Below, one piece after another: positions 39,510 through 48,962 of a stretch of 64,000 nt of DNA. Both the position numbers and the translations under genes were made by a program. Origin of the DNA: an uncultured Gemmatimonadaceae bacterium (GTDB taxonomy: Bacteria; Gemmatimonadota; Gemmatimonadetes; Gemmatimonadales; Gemmatimonadaceae); assembly GCA_963740355.1 (NCBI GenBank), contig CAVUDW010000003.1, positions 1,984,001 through 2,048,000 of the forward strand. Reading direction: 5' to 3'. A model generated the notes under the pieces. The model was not told where the DNA came from. It ran no database searches and saw only the letters and a program-made list of their open reading frames with translations. The first letter of the stretch is position 1, and the number at the start of each line of letters is the position of its first letter.

Positions 39510-39800
39510 CCGGCAACTGCAAGGGCAACGGCCTCATCGCAAAACGGCAAGCGGATAGGGCAACAGCCGCAAAACTGCCACTGCAAATCGCAGAGTCGCC
39601 AAGGCGCAGATGGCGCAGAGAACTGCAACAGCAATGGTAAAGGGCCTTGGATGCGGGTGGTCGGTGGGCGAGGTGTTCCAAAAGAATATCGGCTGAGTCG
39701 CTGCGCGAACAAAAACATCGCGCTAGCAGTTTTGCGGCCGTCTGCAGTTTTGCGGCTGTCGTCGTACCCCTGTCAGCAGTTTTGCGACACGGCAGTTGCA
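39510..39800. repeat. Intergenic imperfect inverted-repeat element (GCAAAACTGC / GCAGTTTTGC)
   Basis: ACAGCCGCAAAACTGC (39563-39578) is the exact inverse of 39744-39759; GCAGTTTTGCG at 39726, 39744 and 39776; GCAACTGC and GCAGTTGC near the two ends. Confidence 0.6.
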
Positions 39801-39824
39801 CTTCTGGCATCACCCTGAGAGCGA

Positions 39825-41870
39825 TCACGGAACAGCACGAATGCGAATGGCTTGGCCGCCGCCTGCGGCGAGCGCGATGTGGAGGCGGGTGGTAGAGGTC
39901 ACGGGACGTGAGGAGATGGTGACGGGAAGCGGGTTCGAAAGCCAGTTCGCGCCAGGGCCATCGGCATACACCTCGGCGATGTAGCGCGTCCCCGGCGTCA
40001 GGAAATTGAGCGGGATATCGAACGAGCGCGGCCTTTCGTCACTGATTGCGCCGATATACCAGTTCTGGGCGCCGCGTTCCTTGCGGGCGACGATGACGAA
40101 ATCGCCTATCTGGCCATCGATCACACGCGTCGTGTCCCAGTCCACGGGCACGTCGCGGATGAACTGGAAGGCAGGCTGGTCGGCGTAGTTCTCGACCAGG
40201 TCGGCCGCCATCTGCACCGGTGAATAGAGCACCACGTACAGCGCGAGTTGCTTCGCGAGTGTGGTGCGAACACGCGGCTGGTCGGGGGTGCGCGGCACAC
40301 CGGTGGGGCGCTTGAGCAGGATGTCGAAGACGCCTGGGGTGTAGTCGAGTGGGCCAGCCAGCAATCGCGTGAAGAAGAGCACCGTTTCGTGCTCGGGGAT
40401 GTTCCCGCCATCCGGGCCGCCGGCATTGTACTCCATGCCACGGGCCCCTTCCCGACTGACGAAGTTCGGCCAGGTGCGACGCTCGCCAGTGTCCTTGATC
40501 GGCTCGTGAGCATTCACCGTGATGCCGTAGCGCGCGGCCGTTTCGACGACTTTCCGGAAGTGCCGCACCATGAACTGGCCGGAATGTGAGTGACCTGCCT
40601 TGGTGGTGTCGTTCACGTAGCCAGTCTTGATGTTCGTGACACCAAGCGAGCGATAGAGTGCGAAGGCGCTGTCGAGCTGGCGCTCGTAGTTCTCCGTCGC
40701 CATCGCGGTCTCGTTGTGCATGATCAACTCGACACCCTTCGACTTCGCGTATGCTGCCACCGCTGGCAGGTCGTAGTCGGGATAGGCCTGCGTGAAGGAA
40801 AACTTCTCGCCGTTGCCGATCCAGTCGCCGTCCCAGCCCACGTTCCACCCTTCGGCGAGGAAGCCACCAAGCTTATTGGCCGCCGCGAAGTCGATGTAGC
40901 GCTTCGCATTCTCGGTGGTGGCGCCATGCTTCGGGCCAGAGGGCCAGGTGTAGAGTCCCGCGTGCATGCCCCACCAGATGCCGACGTACTTCATCGGCTT
41001 GATCCAGCTCGTGTTCGCGATCGCGCTCGGCGGGTTGAGATTGAGCCCGATCACCGACGGCACCAGGTCAGCCGCGCGGTCCGCCAGCTGAATCGTGCGC
41101 CACGGTGTCAGAAACGGCGTCTGTCCGCGCACCTTCACTCCGTCAGCCCACGGCGCGAGCGACGGGCGCAACGTGCGCTCTCCCACGCGCGCGAGGTCCA
41201 TCGCTGCGTAGTCGGTCAGCGCCGCTTCGTGAATCACCACATGCACGCCATTGTTCATAACCATCGTCAACGGCGTGTGCACTGTGTCGATCATGCTCAG
41301 CGGCGCATTGCCGAACAGGAATTCGTAGCGATCCATCGCCGGCCGATTGGCCGGGATCGACCAGACGTGTGCGTTGTCGGCCAACGTGAATTCCGTCAAC
41401 TCGTCCATGATCTGGAAGTTGCGGAGTGGAGTCTGCTCGGTCAGTTCGTACCGGAAGCCGACGCCGTCGTTGAAGGCGCGGAAGATCACCAGGTATTGCC
41501 GCCCGGTGGCCGACGATTCCGTGACCAGTACGCTGAGCTGGCGATAGTGATCACGCACCCGCGTCACCTCGCCCCACGGTTGCGTCCAGGTGTTGTCGGC
41601 CGAATCACGACTCGACTGGGTGATCCGCACACTGTCGCGCAGGGCAGGACCGTCACGAAACTGAAAGCCGAGTCGCGAGGGGGTAATCACGGCCACGCCG
41701 TTGCGACTGATGGCATAGGTCAGCGCGCCGTTCTGCAGTGCTACCGTGACCACGTTCTGGCCATCCGGTGATCGAAGCTGCAAGGGCGCTTGTGACTGTG
41801 CGTGCGCCTTCGTAACGGGTGTCGCCAGCGCGAACGCGCCCAGCGCCATCGCTGCGCGGATCCGCAGCAT
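39825..41870 (-). CDS. Glycoside hydrolase family 97 (alpha-glucosidase-like), exported
   Basis: SPDG N-terminus, RAFNDGVGFRY, KYVGIWWGMH, EGWNVGW, MHNET, REGARGMEY, GPLDYTPG; GGAG upstream of ATG 41870. Confidence 0.92.
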   Translation of the reverse strand: MLRIRAAMALGAFALATPVTKAHAQSQAPLQLRSPDGQNVVTVALQNGALTYAISRNGVAVITPSRLGFQFRDGPALRDSVRITQSSRDSADNTWTQPWGEVTRVRDHYRQLSVLVTESSATGRQYLVIFRAFNDGVGFRYELTEQTPLRNFQIMDELTEFTLADNAHVWSIPANRPAMDRYEFLFGNAPLSMIDTVHTPLTMVMNNGVHVVIHEAALTDYAAMDLARVGERTLRPSLAPWADGVKVRGQTPFLTPWRTIQLADRAADLVPSVIGLNLNPPSAIANTSWIKPMKYVGIWWGMHAGLYTWPSGPKHGATTENAKRYIDFAAANKLGGFLAEGWNVGWDGDWIGNGEKFSFTQAYPDYDLPAVAAYAKSKGVELIMHNETAMATENYERQLDSAFALYRSLGVTNIKTGYVNDTTKAGHSHSGQFMVRHFRKVVETAARYGITVNAHEPIKDTGERRTWPNFVSREGARGMEYNAGGPDGGNIPEHETVLFFTRLLAGPLDYTPGVFDILLKRPTGVPRTPDQPRVRTTLAKQLALYVVLYSPVQMAADLVENYADQPAFQFIRDVPVDWDTTRVIDGQIGDFVIVARKERGAQNWYIGAISDERPRSFDIPLNFLTPGTRYIAEVYADGPGANWLSNPLPVTISSRPVTSTTRLHIALAAGGGQAIRIRAVP

Positions 41871-42106
41871 CACGCTCCGTCGCCGCCGACGGGGTCGCAG
41901 ACAAGCGTCCTGACACTGCGAAATTGTCTTGGGCACGGGTGTGTCACGCATTGGTCCTGTCGCTGCTGGGGTCCGAGGGTCACAATGGGTTCCGCGTGGT
42001 CCGCCACGCTGGACTCCCTGCGCCCGGCTGCTATTTCTCCACTGTCCTGCGGCCAAGCATATCGCCGCCCGCAGGTGCACTGAAGCCCACTCCGGCCCCA
42101 CCTGCC

Positions 42107-43960
42107 ATGCGCTCCAGCCACTGGTCCGCGTTCCTCTGCACGGTCGTCCTCACCGTCTCGGCCGCCGCCCAATCGACGCCCAAGGTCGAACTCGCCCAGT
42201 ATGCGAGGCGCGCCGCTGAGATCCCGATGCGCGATGGGGTCACGCTCCATACCGAGATCCTCATACCATCGGGCGTCGCGACACCGCTGCCCTTTCTCTT
42301 CCGACGCACCCCGTACGGCGCGCCCGACGTCACGCCGCAGGTGCTCTCGGGCGGGTACCGCGAGCTGGCCGAAGAGGGATACATCTTCGTGGTGCAGGAT
42401 ATCCGCGGGCGATACCGCTCCGGCGGCACTTTCGTGATGCAGCGCCCGCTCCGCCCGACCGACAGCCTCACCACCGGCATCGACGAAACCACCGACGCCT
42501 ACGACACCATCGAGTGGTTGCTGAAGAACATTCCCAACCACAACGGTCGCGTCGGCATGCTCGGCGTTTCGTACGATGGCTGGACCTCGGCGATGGCGAT
42601 GCTCGATCCGCACCCGGCGCTCAAGGCCGTCAGTGAGCAAGCATCGCCGGCCGACATGTTCATCGGCGACGACTTCCATCACAACGGCGCCTTTCGCTTG
42701 AGCTACGGTTTCGAGTACGCCTACATGACCGAAGCCACACACGAGAACAGCGAATACAAGTTCAACCCGACTGACACCTACGACTGGTACCTGCAGGTTG
42801 GCCCGCTGCGCAACATTCAAGCGCGTGTCATGCGCGACACGGTGTTGCCAAGCTGGCGTGATTTCTCGACGCACCCGAACTACGACACGTTCTGGCAGCG
42901 GCAGTCGATGCATCGCTCGCTGACGCGTGTCACCGTGCCGACGCTGAACGTGGCTGGCTGGTGGGATCAGGAAGACTTCTACGGCCCGGTGACGATCTAT
43001 CGCACGCTCGAGAAGCGCGATTCACTGAAGCGGAACACCCTCGTGATCGGTCCGTGGATTCACGGGTCGTGGGGCCGAGGCACCGGCGATTCACTCGATG
43101 CGATTTCATTCGGTTCGCCGACCGCCACCTACTATCGACAGAAGGTGCAGGCGCCGTTCTTCGCGTACTACCTGAAGGACACTGGCGCGCCGCCGATCAA
43201 GGAAGCGCTGGTCTTCGAATCGGGGAGCAATCAGTGGCGCGCCTTCGACACCTGGCCCGCGCCAGGCGCCGAAACCAAGTCACTATTTCTAAACGCGAAC
43301 GGCAAGCTGTCGTTCACCGCTCCAACTGCGTCGGGTGCCACGGCGGTCGATCGATTCGTGAGCAATCCGGCCAATCCAGTGCCGTATCGAAAACGGCCGA
43401 TCGAAGCGACCTATGCGTCGACGGGGTCGCGCTGGTACACCTGGCTGCTGCAGGACCAGCGGTTCCTCAATGACCGAAAGGATGTGTTGCGCTGGGTGAG
43501 CGAGCCGCTGACCGAGGATGTCGTGATCGCCGGCGACATCGCGGCCAAGTTGTTCGTCAGCACCACCGGTCAGGACGCTGACTGGGTCGTGAAGCTGATC
43601 GATGTCTACCCGAACACGGCCAGCGTGCCGGTCAAGAATCGCGGCTACCAGCTGATGGTGGCGAATGACGTCTTCCGCAGCCGCTTCCGCGAGTCGTTCG
43701 AAGTCCCGAAGCCACTCGAGCCGAACGCCGTCACCCCGATCACAATCGACCTGCACACGCAGAGTTATCGGTTCCTGAAGGGTCACCGGATCATGGTGCA
43801 TGTGCAGAGCACCTGGTTCCCCCTCATCGACCGGAATCCGCAGACCTGGGTGCCGAACATCTTCGATGCCACCGAGGCCGACTTCAAGGCGCAGACGCAT
43901 AGTGTCTGGCGGTCGGCTACGCAGGCGTCGCGGATCGAGATGCAGGTGGTGAAGCCGTAG
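42107..43960 (+). CDS. CocE/NonD-family hydrolase (alpha-amino acid ester hydrolase-like), exported
   Basis: IPMRDGVTLHT, RTPY, QDIRGRYRSGG, GVSYDG nucleophile, WDQED, GPWIHG, STWFPLIDRNPQ. Confidence 0.92.
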   Translation: MRSSHWSAFLCTVVLTVSAAAQSTPKVELAQYARRAAEIPMRDGVTLHTEILIPSGVATPLPFLFRRTPYGAPDVTPQVLSGGYRELAEEGYIFVVQDIRGRYRSGGTFVMQRPLRPTDSLTTGIDETTDAYDTIEWLLKNIPNHNGRVGMLGVSYDGWTSAMAMLDPHPALKAVSEQASPADMFIGDDFHHNGAFRLSYGFEYAYMTEATHENSEYKFNPTDTYDWYLQVGPLRNIQARVMRDTVLPSWRDFSTHPNYDTFWQRQSMHRSLTRVTVPTLNVAGWWDQEDFYGPVTIYRTLEKRDSLKRNTLVIGPWIHGSWGRGTGDSLDAISFGSPTATYYRQKVQAPFFAYYLKDTGAPPIKEALVFESGSNQWRAFDTWPAPGAETKSLFLNANGKLSFTAPTASGATAVDRFVSNPANPVPYRKRPIEATYASTGSRWYTWLLQDQRFLNDRKDVLRWVSEPLTEDVVIAGDIAAKLFVSTTGQDADWVVKLIDVYPNTASVPVKNRGYQLMVANDVFRSRFRESFEVPKPLEPNAVTPITIDLHTQSYRFLKGHRIMVHVQSTWFPLIDRNPQTWVPNIFDATEADFKAQTHSVWRSATQASRIEMQVVKP

Positions 43961-44307
43961 AGGCGGGGACACTGTATTCAGTGTCCCCGCCGTGCGTTCG
44001 CGCACAGCTGCCGGACAGCGGGGACACCGACAGATCGAGGTGGGGACACTGTATTCAGTGTCCCCGCCGTACGTTCGAGCACAGCTGCCGGACAACGGGG
44101 ACACCGACAGATCGAGGTGGGGACACTGTATTCAGTGTCCCCGCCGTGCGTTCGCGCACGGCTGCCGGACAGCGGGGACACCGAATACGGTGTCCCAACA
44201 GAACGCGTGCCATCGTCTGCCGGAGATTGGGGACACCGAATACGGTGTCCCCAATCGAAGCCGAATACGGTGTCCCCAATCGAAGCCGAACTCGGTGTCC
44301 CCAATCG
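43960..44307. repeat. REPIN/BIME-like array, family B (77-bp period)
   Basis: Three tandem units starting 43960, 44037 and 44114 (GGGGACACTGTATTCAGTGTCCCC plus linker), then GGGGACACCGAATACGGTGTCCCC copies and tandem half-copies; between convergent genes. Confidence 0.9.
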
Positions 44308-44310
44308 CCA

Positions 44311-46872
44311 TCACCGATTCAGCCAGTACGCGAACTTCACCAGAAACGTGTTATCCGGGTGCAGACTGAACAGATCGCGATAATCCCGCGACCAGCTCTG
44401 GTTGAGATTTTCGCCCGATGACGCCTCGCGGCCATGTGCCCAGACGACGAACAGCGTCGAGCCGGGACGATACTCCCAGCGTGCCACGGCGTTGGTGCGC
44501 AACTGCACATAGCGGAAGGCTGTCGGTGAGCCGACCGGTGGCACGAACGGTGTGAAGCGATCGGCGAACGCCGCCGCGCGCGGGGTCGCGCTCAGCTCGC
44601 GCACATCGCTGTACGTGCCGGTGGTGACGAACGGCTGCCCGTAGAACTCGAACGTCAGGCTCGGGATCGCCGTGTAGTTGAAGCGAATGCTGGTCGAGAT
44701 GGTGCGTTGATCGAGGTGGGCAAAGGTGTAGTGCGTCACACCCTGCGCATCGGTGACGTTGTCGTACCACTGCGCATCGTCACTGTTGTCGCCGTAGTCG
44801 ACACCCACATTGAGTGCCATCCGCGTGGAGAGACGAAACACCACATACGGGCTGAAACTCGTGCCCGTCGTGCGGCCTTCATCGCGGCGCGAGAGGTTGA
44901 CGAAGAAGCCCGCCGAAATCGGCTTCCGGCTATCCGTGTTGATGCCGCCCCACGGGTAAAAGCCCCGAGATGCCCGAAGCACCGGCCCGCCGCGTGTGCA
45001 CCGATCACAATAGATCGCCGTCAAGCCGTCGATGGTCCCGCCGAGGTGTGCATCCCAGTTGTTGAGGAAGCCAAGATGCCCATTGAAGTTCACCGCGTTG
45101 CTCAGTCGCGTGCCGGCGGTGTTCCAGCGCTCCCAGTGATTGCCGTTCACCTGCGCCCAGCGGAAGTATTTGTTGGCATCGCGGAAGCTCAGTGCACCCC
45201 AAGTGCTCCAATCGGTCAGGTCCGCGCGTCGCAGGTATCCGAGGTCATTCACCTCGAAGCCCGATGACTGCCGCACGACGCTCGTCTCGAAGCGCGTGAT
45301 GCCGCCGCCGTATTTCCCAAACTTGAGTTGCCCTCCATAGCCTCCCAACGACGTGCGCGTGGTATCGAGCGCGGTGTTGCCATCGGGGCTCTGGAAATAG
45401 TGCACCGAGCTGCGCTGCACACGCGAGATCGCGTCGTCACTACCCGACACCTGTGATCCCGTGAACTGCGCAGCGAACTCATACTGCTTCTTGTGGAAGC
45501 GATTCCGGAACGTGAGGCCGCCGACATACGCCGACCGACTGAGGAAGGGAGTCGAAAGCGAATCGAGTGAGCGATTGACCGCTGTGCCGATCACGCTGAT
45601 GCTCGTCTCGCCGCCCCGTAGATCCTGTTGACCGCGCAAGACGGCATAGTTGCTGCCTGGCTCCACGGTGCGATCCTGCGGACCAGTCACACGTTGCGTG
45701 ACGGCGTCCAGGACACCGAACGAAAATCCAGACGAGGTGCGGCCAGTCAGCTTGGTCGCCAGCGCGATCGGCGTCGCGTTGGCTGTCCGTTCATCACCAT
45801 ACTGCCCGCGTAGCGACGGTGAACGCCCGATGCGCCGCGAGTAGAACAACCCTTCGTTGGTGCTGCAATCGACCACGATGTAGCAGTTGAGCTGGAACTG
45901 ATACAACCCGGTCCCTTCGACGAAGAACGGCCGCCGCTCGGCGAAAAAGTTCTCGAACGCCGAGAGGTTCAGCACTGCCGGATCCGCCTCGACCTGGCCG
46001 AAGTCGGGATTCACTGTGGCGTCGAGCGTGATGTTGGGCGTGATGCCGAGTTTGACGTCGGCGCCCAGCGTCAGCTTCTGGTTACGGCCGAATCCGTCGG
46101 GCTTGATGCGCTGCTCGTTCTTCGTCACGGCGTAAGGCGTGACCTCGATGTGTCGAGCACTGGTGATGCCATCCAGCCCAGCCAGCCGGCCAAGCTGCGA
46201 CGAGAGACCGTTGCGCACCGGGGAATACTCCGGCCACGCATCACGCTCATTCAGCCGCTCGATGTCGCGCCAGATGCCGAACCCAAAGGTGTGATTGCCA
46301 CTGCCGGCATACCGGAGCTGCGACAGCGGAACGCGAAACTCGGCCGTCCATCCTCGATCATCAACCTTGGTGGCCACATCCCAGATGCCATTCCACGAGT
46401 CGTCTTCATCCGAGTCGTTGCTGATCGAGTAGTCGCGCTTCACCCCATCCGGGTTGACGGCCATCTGGAAGCCCGACCGTTTGTCGTCATAGCTGTCGAT
46501 GATGATCTTGACCTGATCCGACGGCCCGCGCACATCGCGCCGCGACAACGCATGCATGATGCTGTCCGGATGCGGATCGTGCATGCGCGCGAAGACGTAG
46601 AGATTCTTCGCATCATAGGCGACGCGGAACTCGGTGCGGAAGGTCGCGTCGCCGTTGACCTTGGGCGAGAACTGCCGAAAGTCGGAGACGGTGCTGGCGG
46701 TGCGCCAGACCGCGTCGTCGTCCTTTCCGTCGATGGTCGGCGCCTGAGCAGCGTGCGCAGCGGCAACGGTGGCGGCAGCAGGTGCTGACGGACGCGGTGT
46801 GGGCTGCGTGCTATTTGCAGGTGCGCCCACTTCCTGGAAAGCGGCAAGCAGGGCAAGCATTGGGAACAACAC
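44311..46872 (-). CDS. CBM9-like + DUF5916 outer membrane protein
   Basis: PTIDGKDDDAVW, VAYDAKNLY, GWTAEFRVPLSQLRY, ATVNPDFGQVEAD..ERRPFFVEG, FYSRRIG, C-terminal FLVKFAYW; GAGGAG upstream of GTG 46872. Confidence 0.85.
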   Translation of the reverse strand: MLFPMLALLAAFQEVGAPANSTQPTPRPSAPAAATVAAAHAAQAPTIDGKDDDAVWRTASTVSDFRQFSPKVNGDATFRTEFRVAYDAKNLYVFARMHDPHPDSIMHALSRRDVRGPSDQVKIIIDSYDDKRSGFQMAVNPDGVKRDYSISNDSDEDDSWNGIWDVATKVDDRGWTAEFRVPLSQLRYAGSGNHTFGFGIWRDIERLNERDAWPEYSPVRNGLSSQLGRLAGLDGITSARHIEVTPYAVTKNEQRIKPDGFGRNQKLTLGADVKLGITPNITLDATVNPDFGQVEADPAVLNLSAFENFFAERRPFFVEGTGLYQFQLNCYIVVDCSTNEGLFYSRRIGRSPSLRGQYGDERTANATPIALATKLTGRTSSGFSFGVLDAVTQRVTGPQDRTVEPGSNYAVLRGQQDLRGGETSISVIGTAVNRSLDSLSTPFLSRSAYVGGLTFRNRFHKKQYEFAAQFTGSQVSGSDDAISRVQRSSVHYFQSPDGNTALDTTRTSLGGYGGQLKFGKYGGGITRFETSVVRQSSGFEVNDLGYLRRADLTDWSTWGALSFRDANKYFRWAQVNGNHWERWNTAGTRLSNAVNFNGHLGFLNNWDAHLGGTIDGLTAIYCDRCTRGGPVLRASRGFYPWGGINTDSRKPISAGFFVNLSRRDEGRTTGTSFSPYVVFRLSTRMALNVGVDYGDNSDDAQWYDNVTDAQGVTHYTFAHLDQRTISTSIRFNYTAIPSLTFEFYGQPFVTTGTYSDVRELSATPRAAAFADRFTPFVPPVGSPTAFRYVQLRTNAVARWEYRPGSTLFVVWAHGREASSGENLNQSWSRDYRDLFSLHPDNTFLVKFAYWLNR

Positions 46873-47048
46873 GCGCGACTCCTCAGGCTGGGTGTACGCC
46901 TGAGACGTAAGTGCACGTGAAATGGTTGCAATCGAGATTCGCGCGTAACGGCCGAGCATTCTTCACGCGCCGCAGGTGTGTCAGAACGACGCGGCTCCGG
47001 AATGCTGGAGCGATCGGGCCGCGGCGCGCTACTCTACTTCACGCTGCT

Positions 47049-47570
47049 CTACTTCGCGCTGGCTGCGGGCCCGATCTCGAAGCCGCGTTCCGGCTTCGTG
47101 CGATCGTAGCGCAAACGCAGTGTCGTCTGCTCGGGCCGCATCACCATGTACTTGAGACTGATGGCCTCGTCGGTGATCTGCAGCGGCTCGAGGATCTCAC
47201 TGTCCGTCCAGCACGATGCCACCAGCTGCGACTGGCTCTGCTCGATCCGCCAATTGAAAAGCCGCAGCCAGACGATCCCGGTTTCCACGCCGGCGCCGCA
47301 CTGACCCGCACCAAGTCCGTTGCGTTTTGAGGGACCGCTCACGATCAACAGCAGGTAGGTCAGCGCCCCAATGTTCTGTGAATCGATGACCTCGACCGTG
47401 TCCATGTCCACCTTCACCGACGCCGGCAGCTGGATGCGATGCCGTACATGCTGATCGGTGATCGACAGGACCGCGCCCGCTCCGGAGACCCGCGCAGCGC
47501 GCTGGGCGCACGCGCCTGACGCGCTGAGCACCGTCACCAGCGCAACGGCCGCTCTCCGCAGGCGGCGCAT
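47049..47570 (-). CDS. Hypothetical exported protein
   Basis: Signal peptide MRRLRRAAVALVTVLSASGACA; GQCGAGVE...SC Cys pair. Confidence 0.55.
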   Translation of the reverse strand: MRRLRRAAVALVTVLSASGACAQRAARVSGAGAVLSITDQHVRHRIQLPASVKVDMDTVEVIDSQNIGALTYLLLIVSGPSKRNGLGAGQCGAGVETGIVWLRLFNWRIEQSQSQLVASCWTDSEILEPLQITDEAISLKYMVMRPEQTTLRLRYDRTKPERGFEIGPAASAK

Positions 47571-47580
47571 GTCGAGTCGC

Positions 47581-48696
47581 TCAGGAACCACCGCCGACCT
47601 TTTCGCCGGCGAGGAAGCGACTGATCGCCTGATTGAGAAACGCCTTGTCCGCTGGATTTGCGCCGGCACCCGCCGGATGACCCCAGAGCGACGGAATCGG
47701 CAGCAACGTCACGTGCGGAATGAACTGCGCTTCGTATCGAGCATCGCCGACCGGGAAATAGAGATCGGTTTCCGACGGCATGTACAGCACCTGTGCAGTG
47801 ATCGACTTCAGTGCACGCTCGACATCGCCGTTGAACCCTGGCGTGGTGCCGACGTCATGCCGCTCCCACGTGTGGGCCTGCAGGATGTAGTTGTTGGCGT
47901 CAGCGCTGAAGCGCGTGCGGAAGCCGTTCATGTATTGCTCGAAGGTGGTGCCCGGCGCGCTGGCGGAGCGCCACAGTTCTCGGCGCCACCATTCCTGCGA
48001 ATACAACCAGGCCGCCCACACCATGCCGAACGCCGCCAATCCCTGCTTCGGCGGCGACGCGTAGTCGCCGCCGTGGAAGGTCGAATCGGCCGTCAGCGCC
48101 GCGATCTGTCCTTCGAGGCGTACGATACCGTGCCCGTAGGTCTTGGCCGTTCCGGACGTCGCCACGATGCGATCGGCGAACGACGGATAACTCACCGCCC
48201 ACTGGAACGCCTGCTGCGCCCCCATCGAGAAGCCGATCACGGCGCGCAGGTGGGTGACTTTCAGATCCTCCATTAGCAGTCGATGGACCGCCTCGACATT
48301 GTCGCGGATACTCGTCACGGGGAATCGTGGGCCGTGGAATGGCTCCGGCGTATTGCTCGGTGACGACGACGATCCGTTCCCGAACAGCTCAGTCGCCACC
48401 AGGAATAACTTCGTCGTGTCGAGCGCCAGACCGGGGCCGATCAGCCATTCGTAGCCGTGATGATTTGCCATGTAGTGCGACGGCAGCAGCACGACGTTGT
48501 CGCGGGCCGCATTCAGGTGGCCGTACGTGCCATACACCACGCGCGCCGACGGCAGCGTGACACCGCCCTCGGTGCGGAAGTTCGCGATCGTGAATTCACG
48601 GTGCTCGGCGCGATCCACGCGCGCGGGTGTGCCCTGGGCGCGTGCGGTGACAGCGCAGAGGAGCAGCAGTGCAGGCAGCAGACAGCGACGCGACAT
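47581..48696 (-). CDS. MetX-like alpha/beta hydrolase with signal peptide
   Basis: VYGTYGHLNAARDNVVL, GNGSSSSPSN, IGFSMGAQQA (GxSxG), TDLYFP, SLWGH. Confidence 0.85.
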   Translation of the reverse strand: MSRRCLLPALLLLCAVTARAQGTPARVDRAEHREFTIANFRTEGGVTLPSARVVYGTYGHLNAARDNVVLLPSHYMANHHGYEWLIGPGLALDTTKLFLVATELFGNGSSSSPSNTPEPFHGPRFPVTSIRDNVEAVHRLLMEDLKVTHLRAVIGFSMGAQQAFQWAVSYPSFADRIVATSGTAKTYGHGIVRLEGQIAALTADSTFHGGDYASPPKQGLAAFGMVWAAWLYSQEWWRRELWRSASAPGTTFEQYMNGFRTRFSADANNYILQAHTWERHDVGTTPGFNGDVERALKSITAQVLYMPSETDLYFPVGDARYEAQFIPHVTLLPIPSLWGHPAGAGANPADKAFLNQAISRFLAGEKVGGGS

Positions 48697-48962
48697 TCCG
48701 GACCGGGGCAATGGGGAGAGCTATGTGACTCGGCCACCGAGACACGTGGCTCAAGAATGCCGCTTGCCACATGCTGCTGCAACCGCGCTAATTATGTGAA
48801 ACGCGAGAGCCCTCACCCACGATCCCGGTCCACGATGCACGTGCTCCCCACGCTGGCTCTTGGGCTGGCCGCAACGTCGTCGCCTCACGTTGCCCGGACG
48901 GCGGCACGTCCACAACGCCCGCGACCGGCGTCGCTGGCGTTGATCGGGGAGCTTGACCGCGG

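Noticed and set aside
43960..44307. CRISPR array or repeat-protein ORFs (GDTEYGVP, GHRIRCPQS, GTLYSVSP)
   Set aside because: The linkers are duplicated, and the overlapping ORFs in several frames on both strands are translations of palindromic DNA.
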